A stretch of 64,000 bases of DNA from Pirellulales bacterium (GTDB taxonomy: Bacteria; Planctomycetota; Planctomycetia; Pirellulales; JAICIG01), in the NCBI GenBank assembly GCA_025927475.1, contig JAICLL010000004.1, positions 25,288 to 89,287 on the forward strand, written 5' to 3'. The notes under the pieces are model-generated. The model had not been told where the DNA came from, ran no database searches, and worked only from the letters and a program-made list of their open reading frames with translations. Numbering within the stretch: position 1 is the first letter of the stretch; each line of letters begins with the position of its first letter. Both the position numbers and the translations under genes were made by a program. This document shows, piece by piece, positions 56,050-64,000 of this stretch.

Positions 56050-58656
56050 GTGAAAACGATCATGAAAGAGAATAGCCGGTCACACTCCCGTTGTCTCCGT
56101 GGCTCCGCGTCTCCGTATCTCCGCGTCTCCGTTGATGCTTCGCCGGGGCATCGCCAAGGCTCTGCCCCAGCCACCGGGCGCCGGCGCGGGGCGCCCGGTT
56201 CTCGCCGCGGCGCCGCCCTGGTGCTGCTCCTGCTGTTTTTGATCCCGCTGATCGCCTTCTTGGCGTTGGCGATCGACATGGGACTGTTGGCTGTGGCCCG
56301 GACGCAGTGCCAGAACGCGGCCGATCTCGCGGCGTTGGCCGGCGTGCGAACGTTGAACGGCAATCCGGCGACGAACAACAACTATTCGGCCGTCACGCCC
56401 GCCGCTCAGTCGGCGGCCACCATGAACACGGTGCTTTCCGCGCCGCTGCAAACGTCGCAAGTGACCGTGAACATCGGCCGCTATGCCTACAACACCAGCA
56501 CCAAGCAATTTGAGGGCGACATTCCCGGGGCCGGCACGAGCAATTGGAGCCTCGTTCAATCGAAGGTCGCGGTCGACGTCAGCCAAAGCATGGTGTTTTC
56601 GCGGGTGCTGGGTTTGAAGGTGCCCACGCTGCAAGCCACGGCCACCGCGGTACACCGGCCGCGCGATGTGGCGCTCATTCTCGACTACTCCGGATCGATG
56701 CGGTACGCCACCTATCCGGGCGTGTGGCCGAGCAACTACATTTCGCCGGGCTTGAGCAACTATGTGAACAATGCCGACACCAATGTGCCGCAGTTTGGCC
56801 ACTATTCGTCGGCCGGAGCCGGCTCGATGTATGCCACTTCGTTTTCGTTGCCCTACTCGGCGGGCAATATCACCGCCACCACCAACGACGGCCGTCCGCC
56901 GATTTGCGCCGACTTTTATCAGGACGGCGGCGGCACGCCCGCCTTTATTCCCGCGCCCGCCAGCTATGCGACGACGCCCGGCGGAGACAACTATCTGACG
57001 GCCAACCGGAACGGCGGCGGCGCCTACGCCTACACCGTGACCGACCTGCTGAATAACGGCAAGACCTACGACTCGAATTTTGAAACGCAAGGCTACGCCG
57101 CCTATGGCATGGCGCCGACATTTTACGGTTATACCCAGGGGCCGGGCTATTACGGCAAGACGTTTTTCATTTGGCCACCGAACCCGGTGAATGACTGGCG
57201 CAAGAAGTATTTCACCTATCCCGGCAGCAGCACGCCCATGGACGACAACTCGCGGCTGTGGAGTTCGACGGGAGGCTGGATGGCACCGGGCTTCACCTAT
57301 TCCATCAATTACAACGCGATCCTCAGCTTTATTAAAAACACGGGGCCAAATCCGTTTCCGCCGCAGTTGCAATCGGGGCGAATTGTGTATTACACCGCCA
57401 TCCCTGACACCATCGATACCTCGTCGGATCCGCCCGCCGATTTGAACCAGCGGTTCTGGAAAGATTACATCGACTATGTGTTGGGCGCCTCCGAGATCTA
57501 TGGCTTTTATGTGCCTATCAACACCCCGGACTATTGGGGGCTAACAGGCTACGGCTACGACTTCGCCTGGGGCACGCCGAAGATCACGGGCAAGCCAACC
57601 GGCAGCCAGGCGCCCTACATGACCTACAGCGACAATCCCAAACGTCCCAAGCTGAATTTCTGGTTTGGGCCGCTGACGATGGTCGACTTCCTCGAAAATT
57701 ATACCTTGACGAGCGTCCTGCCGTCCTTCGGATATCCAGCGGCCTCGCGCTATTGCTGGTGGCCGGGCACCTGCCACGAGGCGCCCATGTATGGCTGCAA
57801 GCTGGGCATTCAGGCCGCCTTGAACGACATTTATAACAACCATCCCAACGACTATGTGTCGATGATTATGTTCAGCGTGCCCAAACAATCGCCGACCGAC
57901 AACTCGGGCGCGCGGTTCAACCGGGTGCGAGTCGGAATGGGCCAGAACTATCAGAACATGCAAGATTCGCTCTGGTATCCGCCGGCCACCGTGGGCGTGG
58001 GCGGCACCGTGACGCCCTATGATCCGAATAATCTGGAGGTGCCGCGGGCCTTCGGCGGCACCTGCTACGCCATGCCGCTGATGCTGGCTTACAACCAGTT
58101 CAGCGCCTCGCCGGCATGCCTGAATTACACAACGCCGACCGGCGATGCCGGGGGAAACGGCCGCAAGGGCGCGCAGAAAATTATTATCTTCGAGACCGAC
58201 GGCGCGCCGAATTTCACCGCCAGCGCCACGCTTGTCAACGGCGGCCCGTATCAGTCGTATTACAATGTGCGCTACAACATGGCCAGCCCCGGCGGCAGCG
58301 AATATCCCACCGGCGTGAGCCAGTATAACGACAACGATCCGGCGGTCACTTCGCAGGTGTATACGATCTGCCAGCAATTGGCCGCTTTGGACAGTGCCAG
58401 CCCCCCAGGATATTCCAGCGGTTCGCATAAGCTGCAGCTTCACTGCATCGGGTTTGGCCCGTTGTTCGCGGCAGGCAGTTCCGAGGCCGCCGCCTGCACC
58501 AATACGCTCAACCAAATGCAAATTCTTGGCAACGTCAACGATGGCATGCCGAGTTACAAAATCATCTATGGCGACCAGAACACCGTCGTCACCAGCCTGC
58601 AGCAAGCGATTAACAAAATCCTGGAAAGCACCATTCCAGTCTCGTTGATCCAGTGA
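56050..58656 (+). CDS. large TadG-like membrane-anchored vWA-domain protein
   Basis: 868 aa. TadG-type N-terminus RRGAALVLLLLFLIPLIAFLALAIDMGLLAVARTQCQNAADLAALAG. vWA MIDAS motif VALILDYSGSM. The start is GTG 56050 or ATG 56062. Codons 12-27 overlap a TCTCCG-type short repeat. Confidence 0.8.
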   Translation: MKTIMKENSRSHSRCLRGSASPYLRVSVDASPGHRQGSAPATGRRRGAPGSRRGAALVLLLLFLIPLIAFLALAIDMGLLAVARTQCQNAADLAALAGVRTLNGNPATNNNYSAVTPAAQSAATMNTVLSAPLQTSQVTVNIGRYAYNTSTKQFEGDIPGAGTSNWSLVQSKVAVDVSQSMVFSRVLGLKVPTLQATATAVHRPRDVALILDYSGSMRYATYPGVWPSNYISPGLSNYVNNADTNVPQFGHYSSAGAGSMYATSFSLPYSAGNITATTNDGRPPICADFYQDGGGTPAFIPAPASYATTPGGDNYLTANRNGGGAYAYTVTDLLNNGKTYDSNFETQGYAAYGMAPTFYGYTQGPGYYGKTFFIWPPNPVNDWRKKYFTYPGSSTPMDDNSRLWSSTGGWMAPGFTYSINYNAILSFIKNTGPNPFPPQLQSGRIVYYTAIPDTIDTSSDPPADLNQRFWKDYIDYVLGASEIYGFYVPINTPDYWGLTGYGYDFAWGTPKITGKPTGSQAPYMTYSDNPKRPKLNFWFGPLTMVDFLENYTLTSVLPSFGYPAASRYCWWPGTCHEAPMYGCKLGIQAALNDIYNNHPNDYVSMIMFSVPKQSPTDNSGARFNRVRVGMGQNYQNMQDSLWYPPATVGVGGTVTPYDPNNLEVPRAFGGTCYAMPLMLAYNQFSASPACLNYTTPTGDAGGNGRKGAQKIIIFETDGAPNFTASATLVNGGPYQSYYNVRYNMASPGGSEYPTGVSQYNDNDPAVTSQVYTICQQLAALDSASPPGYSSGSHKLQLHCIGFGPLFAAGSSEAAACTNTLNQMQILGNVNDGMPSYKIIYGDQNTVVTSLQQAINKILESTIPVSLIQ

Positions 58657-59435
58657 ACCGCACCGCAAACCACCGAGCGATCGTCGCCCAATTCGACGAT
58701 GTCAGCAAACGCTATGGCGCCGTGCTGTCGAGCCGCGGCGTGCAAGCCCTTGACGGCGTCAGCCTTGCCGTCGAGCGCGGCGAGGTGTTTGGGCTGGTCG
58801 GTCCCAATCGGGCTGGCAAGAGCACGCTGGTCAAACTGCTGCTGTCGCTCTGCCGGCCCACGTCCGGGCGAATCACTCGCTTCGGCCGGCCCGGCAGCGA
58901 TCGACAGACACTCGCTCGTGTCGGCTATATTCACGAAAGCCAGGCCCTGCCGCGCTATTGGCATGCCGAGGGGCTGCTGCATTATTACGGCGCTCTTTCG
59001 GGCATGGCGGGCCGCACCGTCCGCCAACGCAGCGGCGAATTGCTGAAACAAGTTGGATTGGCCGACCGCCGCCGCGAGCCCATCGGCCGCTACAGCAAGG
59101 GCATGTTGCAGCGGCTCGCCCTGGCGCAGGCGCTGTTGAATGAGCCGGAACTGCTGGTCTTTGATGAGCCGACCGAGGGCATGGACCTGCTCGCCCGGCG
59201 GTTGGTGTTTGAAGCCATCGAGCAACAGCGCGAAGGCGGACGCACCGTGCTGCTCGTGTCGCATTCGCTTTGGGACATCGAGCGGCTCTGCGACCGCGTC
59301 GCGGTGTTGCGTGAAGGCCGGCTGGTGTTTCTCGGGAACATTGAGCAACTGCGCCATCATGGCCAGCCAGACGAGCAGCCATCGCTCGAAGCGGCGCTCG
59401 AGCCGCTCTACGGGCCGGAGGCGGTCTGCGTATGA
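58653..59435 (+). CDS. ABC transporter ATP-binding protein (ABC-2 type)
   Basis: GTGA overlap with the TadG-like gene. Walker A GPNRAGKST, signature YSKGMLQRL and Walker B LLVFDEP. Confidence 0.9.
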   Translation: MNRTANHRAIVAQFDDVSKRYGAVLSSRGVQALDGVSLAVERGEVFGLVGPNRAGKSTLVKLLLSLCRPTSGRITRFGRPGSDRQTLARVGYIHESQALPRYWHAEGLLHYYGALSGMAGRTVRQRSGELLKQVGLADRRREPIGRYSKGMLQRLALAQALLNEPELLVFDEPTEGMDLLARRLVFEAIEQQREGGRTVLLVSHSLWDIERLCDRVAVLREGRLVFLGNIEQLRHHGQPDEQPSLEAALEPLYGPEAVCV

Positions 59436-59484
59436 GCCTGATCGATTCAAGTGCCGTGATCGCCAAAAGGGAATGTGTGCCTAG

Positions 59485-60498
59485 ATGAACCTCACGAGCG
59501 CTTCACGTGCCGTCGGCTGGCTGGTGCGCGACACCTTCCGCCAGTCGTTGGCTTATGGCATTTTTTGGATTCTGCTGGGCGTGAGCCTGGTTTGCATCGC
59601 CGTATGCGCTTCGGTGCAGATCGACGGCGCGGTGACGCTCGACCGTCCCGACGAAAACCGCGACTTCCTGCCTCGCAACGATCCCGACGCCCAAGACCGC
59701 CAGCGGGCCGAACAATCGGGCGTAACCATTGTCGAAGGAACGATGACCGTGGGTTTTGGCGCCGTTTCGCTGCCGCTGGCCCGCGACGCGCGCGAGTCGG
59801 TCCATTTCCTGCAACTGATTCTGGCGGGCGGAGTCGCCGACACGCTGGGCTTGTTGCTGACGTTGGTCTGGACCGCTGGCTTTTTGCCCGGCTTTCTCGA
59901 TCGCTCGAACGCCGCCGTGCTGCTGGCCAAGCCGGCGCCGCGCTGGTTGTTGATCGTAGGCAAATTTCTCGGCGTATTGGCATTTGTCTTCATACACGCG
60001 GTGGTGTTCGTCGGCGGCACATGGCTGGCACTGGGCCTGCGCACCGGCGTCTGGCAGACGGCCTATTTGTGGAGCGTGCCGCTGCTGTTGGTTCACTTCG
60101 CCGTGTTTTTCAGCTTCTCGCTGCTGCTGGCGGTTTGCACCCGCAGCACGGTGGTCTGCGTGTTTGGCTCGATCGCCTTCTGGTGTCTGTGTTGGGGCAT
60201 GAATTTCGGGCGTCACGCGGCGCTGGCCGAAACCTACCAGGCCAGCCAAGCCCAATTTGGCGGAGCCGTCATGACCCTGGTTGAGGCCGGCTATTGGACG
60301 CTGCCCAAGCCCGCCGATCTGGGCATTTTGCTCTACGACGCCCTGAACGCGGCGCAGTCGTTCGGGCAGTTGGCCGCCTTCGAGAACGTGCAAGCGCACG
60401 GCGATTTCCATCCCTGGCTATCGTTATTCGCCTCGCTGAGCTTTATGAGCGTGCTGCTCATCGGCGCCTCGCGGCAATTCGCCACGCTCGATTACTGA
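59485..60498 (+). CDS. ABC-2-type transporter permease
   Basis: 337 aa with about 6-7 TM segments. It follows the ATPase after 49 nt. Confidence 0.7.
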   Translation: MNLTSASRAVGWLVRDTFRQSLAYGIFWILLGVSLVCIAVCASVQIDGAVTLDRPDENRDFLPRNDPDAQDRQRAEQSGVTIVEGTMTVGFGAVSLPLARDARESVHFLQLILAGGVADTLGLLLTLVWTAGFLPGFLDRSNAAVLLAKPAPRWLLIVGKFLGVLAFVFIHAVVFVGGTWLALGLRTGVWQTAYLWSVPLLLVHFAVFFSFSLLLAVCTRSTVVCVFGSIAFWCLCWGMNFGRHAALAETYQASQAQFGGAVMTLVEAGYWTLPKPADLGILLYDALNAAQSFGQLAAFENVQAHGDFHPWLSLFASLSFMSVLLIGASRQFATLDY

Positions 60499-61212
60499 CC
60501 TTGCGGCCGCTTTTGACTGTCGGGGCGCGGCGATGAAATCTTCAAAGCCGTTTACGAAAGCACTTTAAGGCACCCATATTCTTGTCGGACTGCCGAAGAG
60601 CCGGCTATCCGGGTCGTATGAATCGACGGACTCACCATCGTAAATCCGTTGGTTTGGGTAAGCAGAAGAGGCGAAAAACCCGCGGAAAACTGAGCAAGCC
60701 ACTTGCCTGTTACAAAACAGGGAGAGGACCGGGGCAGGGTCGGAGGCCAGGATTCGGGATGGAAGGGAGCTTCTTGCTCGGAAAATGTCTTGCATTTGCG
60801 GCCTACTTCGTGCCAGCGGCAACGCGGTCTCCTCAGCGTCTCGCCGCATGTCAAGAATTTGGAACATTACCCGGCGGTCTATTCGCGGTCTCTTGATGCC
60901 GGCTTCGGTTAAGTTCCCCCCAGAAGGGCGATTGCTGTACTCCGTGCGCGGCAACCTGTCAAGCGATGCAATGCCTTAACAAGAAACGGCTTATGGCACA
61001 GCGCCCACCGAGCCGCCTGCTGTTTTTGGCAACGGAAACCATTTGGATGCCATTAAGAAGCCCTGCCCCTGAGAAATCCTGCCGAGCAATCGACGCCAGG
61101 CCAGAGTCGCCTTTCTCGGCTCCCCGCAATGCTTTACACTGATTGCCCGCCCCGAAGGTCGCGCGATTGCGCGCCCATTGCCGACCAAATTCCTGTTCAT
61201 GGAGGACAGAAT

Positions 61213-62481
61213 ATGCTACGAACCCGCTGTTGTTGGACTGCCGCCGCTCTTTGGATCCTCGCTGCCGGGCAGTCGCTTTCCGCGGCACCGCCGACCGGTC
61301 CCTGGAAGCTGCAGGCCCTGAAGCAGCCGCCCGAGGCCACCTGGGAAGAACCCGAAAGCGAAGAGCCCGAGAGCGAAGAATCTGAAGGCAAAGAACCCGC
61401 AGGTAAGGCCCTGGTGCAGAAGGTGTTTTACACCAATGAGCCTTTCGAGGGTCAGCCGACGCGGGTGTTCGCCTATTTCGCCCGGCCGAAGGAGGGCGAG
61501 GGACCGTTTCCCGGCATAGTGCTGGTGCATGGCGGCGGCGGCAAGGCATTTGCCGAGTGGGCCACGCGCTGGGCCGAACGTGGCTATGCGGCCCTGGCGA
61601 TGGACCTTTCGGGCCGCGGTCCCGACGGCGAGCGGCTGGAAGACGGCGGACCCGACCAGGACGATAAGATCAAGTTCCGCGAGTTCGCCAATGACGAAGT
61701 GAACCAAATGTGGACCTATCACGCGGTGGCGGCGGTCATTCGCGGGCATTCGCTGCTGGCCGCGCGGCAAGAGGTCGACGCCGAGCGAATCGGCATCACC
61801 GGCATTAGCTGGGGCGGCTATCTCACCTGTATTGTGGCGGGGCTTGACGATCGGCTGAAAGTGGCGGTGCCGGTTTATGGTTGCGGATTCTTGGATCAAG
61901 ACAGCGTGTGGGTGCCCACGTTCGAGCGCATGGCGCCCGAGCAGCGGCATCGGTGGGTGGTGAATTTCGATCCGTCGCGTTATTTGTCGCGCGTCGGTTG
62001 CCCGATTCTGTTTGTCAACGGCACCAACGATTTCGCCTATCCGCTCGATAGCTATCAGCAATCGTATCAACTGGTGCCGGGCCGGGCAGATTTGTGCGTG
62101 CGCGTCAAAATGCCGCACAGCCATCCTGATGGCTGGGCGCCCAAGGAGATTGGCATCTTTGTCGACAGCGTGCTCAAAGACGGTCGCCCGCTGGCGCAGA
62201 TCGAGCCGCTACGAGTCAGTCGCGAGGGCGTAACGGCCAGGTTCGCTAGCACGGCGCCTGTCACCGAGGGCGAGGTGCATTATGCTGTGGGTGATGGCCC
62301 TTGGAAGAAACGCACCTGGGTCAGCCGGCCTGCCGTGGTGGCCCGCGGCACGGTTTCCGCCGAGTTGCCCAACTACCGGCCGCTGGTTTGTTATATGTCG
62401 ATTACCGATCAGCGCGGCGCCATGGTCAGCACACCCCACGTGTTGCTCGAAAAGCCAGAAGGCCGCTTGACGGCAGAGTGA
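61213..62481 (+). CDS. secreted alpha/beta hydrolase (acetyl-xylan-esterase / S9-like)
   Basis: GGAGGA lies 7 nt upstream of ATG 61213. Signal peptide MLRTRCCWTAAALWILAAG. Acidic repeat EEPESEEPESEESEGKEP. Motifs VLVHGGGGKAF and the nucleophile elbow GISWGG. Confidence 0.8.
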   Translation: MLRTRCCWTAAALWILAAGQSLSAAPPTGPWKLQALKQPPEATWEEPESEEPESEESEGKEPAGKALVQKVFYTNEPFEGQPTRVFAYFARPKEGEGPFPGIVLVHGGGGKAFAEWATRWAERGYAALAMDLSGRGPDGERLEDGGPDQDDKIKFREFANDEVNQMWTYHAVAAVIRGHSLLAARQEVDAERIGITGISWGGYLTCIVAGLDDRLKVAVPVYGCGFLDQDSVWVPTFERMAPEQRHRWVVNFDPSRYLSRVGCPILFVNGTNDFAYPLDSYQQSYQLVPGRADLCVRVKMPHSHPDGWAPKEIGIFVDSVLKDGRPLAQIEPLRVSREGVTARFASTAPVTEGEVHYAVGDGPWKKRTWVSRPAVVARGTVSAELPNYRPLVCYMSITDQRGAMVSTPHVLLEKPEGRLTAE

Positions 62482-62485
62482 GTTC

Positions 62486-63364
62486 ATGGTTTGGCAGTCA
62501 CTGGTCCGCACCTGGCTTCAGCAGCAAGTACGGCAAAGCGCCTCGCAAGCCGTGAATGCCGCGCGCCAGCGGGCCGGTGATGCTGCTAGCGCACCGGCAG
62601 CCCCCTGCCAGGTCGGGCTCGTGTTCGCGTTGGGCATCGAGTCGGGCGGGCTGGTCGATCTGCTCTCCGAGACAAGCACAATCCAGGGAGCTGAGCTGAC
62701 CATCCGGCAGGGCACGCTCCAGTCGCGCTCGGTGGTCGTGGCCGAAGCGGGGGTCGGGTCGCTGGCGGCGGCGCGTGCAACTCAAGCGTTGCTCGCCGGC
62801 CATCGGCCGCAGTGGGTCATTTCGGCGGGATTCGCCGGCGGCCTCAACGCGCGGCTGGCACGCGGCGACATCGTCATGGCCGATAGCCTCGCGGGACCCG
62901 ACGGGCGACGCTTGACGGTCGATCTGAAGATGCCTGCCGAGGCGACGGCAACGCCCGGCCTGCACGTCGGGCGGCTGGTGACCACCGACGCGGTGATCTT
63001 TCGCCCCGCCGATAAGCGGGCACTGGGCGAACAGCATCAGGCGCTGGCCGTCGATATGGAATCGTGGACAATCGGCGAAGTTTGCCGGCAGGCCAAGACG
63101 CGGTTTTTGGCCATTCGCGTGATCAGCGATGCCGTCGACGATGAGCTGCCGGCCGACGTCGAGCGGCTGGCGCGTCAAACGACTCGGGCGGCGCGGCTGG
63201 GGGCGGCGGCGGGGGCGATTTTCCGCCGTCCCTCGAGCATGAAAGACATGCTCAAACTGAAAGAAGAGGCCCTGATCGCTTCCGACCGTCTGGCGCGGTT
63301 TTTGGCCGGCATCATCGTGCAGCTAGTGCCGCCCCGCGAACCCGCTGCCGATAGCGATCACTGA
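62486..63364 (+). CDS. nucleoside phosphorylase family-1 protein (MTA/SAH-nucleosidase-like)
   Basis: GLVFALGIESGG, VISAGFAGGL, AVDMES and IRVISD motifs. Confidence 0.7.
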   Translation: MVWQSLVRTWLQQQVRQSASQAVNAARQRAGDAASAPAAPCQVGLVFALGIESGGLVDLLSETSTIQGAELTIRQGTLQSRSVVVAEAGVGSLAAARATQALLAGHRPQWVISAGFAGGLNARLARGDIVMADSLAGPDGRRLTVDLKMPAEATATPGLHVGRLVTTDAVIFRPADKRALGEQHQALAVDMESWTIGEVCRQAKTRFLAIRVISDAVDDELPADVERLARQTTRAARLGAAAGAIFRRPSSMKDMLKLKEEALIASDRLARFLAGIIVQLVPPREPAADSDH

Positions 63365-63451
63365 CGTTTGCCGCCACCACAGCGAGGCGGCTGTGCCACA
63401 TGTGGGTTGCCAAGGCCGACGACTGACCTTTCCCTTAGCACAACTTTGACG

Positions 63452-64000
63452 ATGAAAGCGCTGATCACCGGCATCACCGGCTTCGCGGGCGGCTTCTTGG
63501 CCGAACACTTGCTCGCTTGCGGCGACGAGGTGCTGGGGTGTTCGCGGTCGGGCCGCTGGCCAGCCTGGGCCGGCGCAGAGCTGCGCCGCCTGGGGCTGCT
63601 CGCCTGCGACGTGGGCGACGCCGCGGGAATCACCGATCAGGTCCGCCAGCAGATCGCCCGCTTCGCGCCCGACTGCATCTATCATCTCGCCGCGCTGAGC
63701 GTGCCGACCGATTGCGGTACGATCGAGCCGACGGGCCGGGCAATCGAAGTGAATGTCGGCGGAACCAGCCGGGTGCTGAAATTGGCGTCGGACCTAGCTC
63801 ACAAACCGCGCGTCGTCTTTATCAGCACCAGCCATGTCTATGGCGCCGCGACGGAACAACATCACCTGCTGGACGAAGCAACGCCCGCGGCGCCGCGTCG
63901 CGCCTATGGCAAGACGAAGTGGCTGGCCGAGCAAGAGGCGACCCGAGCGCGATCGGAGCAGGGCCTCGATGTGCTCGTCGTCCGTTCGTTCCAGCACAGC
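63452..64000 (+). CDS. NAD-dependent epimerase/dehydratase (SDR), 3'-partial
   Basis: Absent from the track because it runs off the window end. MKALITGITGFAGGFLAEHLL Rossmann motif and the YGKTK catalytic motif. Confidence 0.85.
   Translation, partial: MKALITGITGFAGGFLAEHLLACGDEVLGCSRSGRWPAWAGAELRRLGLLACDVGDAAGITDQVRQQIARFAPDCIYHLAALSVPTDCGTIEPTGRAIEVNVGGTSRVLKLASDLAHKPRVVFISTSHVYGAATEQHHLLDEATPAAPRRAYGKTKWLAEQEATRARSEQGLDVLVVRSFQHS

Noticed and set aside
56094-56135. TCTCCG-type short tandem motif (GTCTCCGTGGCTCCGCGTCTCCGTATCTCCGCGTCTCCG) as an intergenic repeat implying a later start for the TadG-like gene
   Set aside because: No ATG, GTG or TTG lies between the motif and the TadG-type TM helix in that frame, so the motif is most simply part of the N-terminal coding region.
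60499-61212. Long non-coding spacer as RNase P RNA, tmRNA, SRP RNA or 6S RNA
   Set aside because: Reading both strands, I could not find the conserved cores: GAGGAAAGTCCGGGC for RNase P, a tRNA-like GGTTCGAATCC end or tag reading frame for tmRNA, or GGAAGCAGCC for SRP. It is kept only as an unexplained region.

Overview
High-G+C bacterial chromosomal segment; G+C was judged by eye, not computed. The gene content suggests a Planctomycetota (Pirellulales-like) genome, which is an inference. The supporting genes are PVC-type haem-c/dehydrogenase fusions, membrane-anchored LRR proteins, TadE/TadG-vWA genes, PQQ-like propellers and DUF4214. About 60 genes can be supported. The housekeeping backbone includes an acyl-CoA synthetase (partial), an LptF/G permease, mnmE, tRNA-Glu(CUC), a Ser/Thr kinase, an ABC-F ATPase, a gnd-zwf-glk pentose-phosphate block, dapF, eno, an RND pump and several esterases. 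Between these lie small, visibly lower-G+C accessory islets carrying ORFans and toxin-antitoxin-like pairs. There are many decayed genes: a GH10 xylanase relic, a PIN relic, a kinase stub, a frameshifted HEPN gene, a truncated DUF4214 gene and a duplicated 3' gene fragment. Intergenic DNA holds at least three families of hairpin-forming REP-like repeats, a 52-bp perfect palindrome and two heptamer arrays that form canonical G-quadruplex motifs. It also holds a 183-bp direct repeat flanking a 1.16-kb one-gene segment and an orphan intrinsic terminator. No CRISPR array, rRNA, transposase or integrase was seen. The best candidates for an uncharacterised multi-gene system are:
- a tightly coupled TadE-TadE-TadG/vWA plus ABC-2 exporter module with no pilus machinery;
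- a translationally coupled DUF3592/arrestin-like pair;
- a HEPN-unknown partner-TPR/GT9 chain;
- a low-G+C two-ORFan islet coupled to a GT39-like glycosyltransferase.
All family assignments come from motif recognition by eye, with no database search. Coordinates of features outside the ORF track may be off by 1-2 nt.
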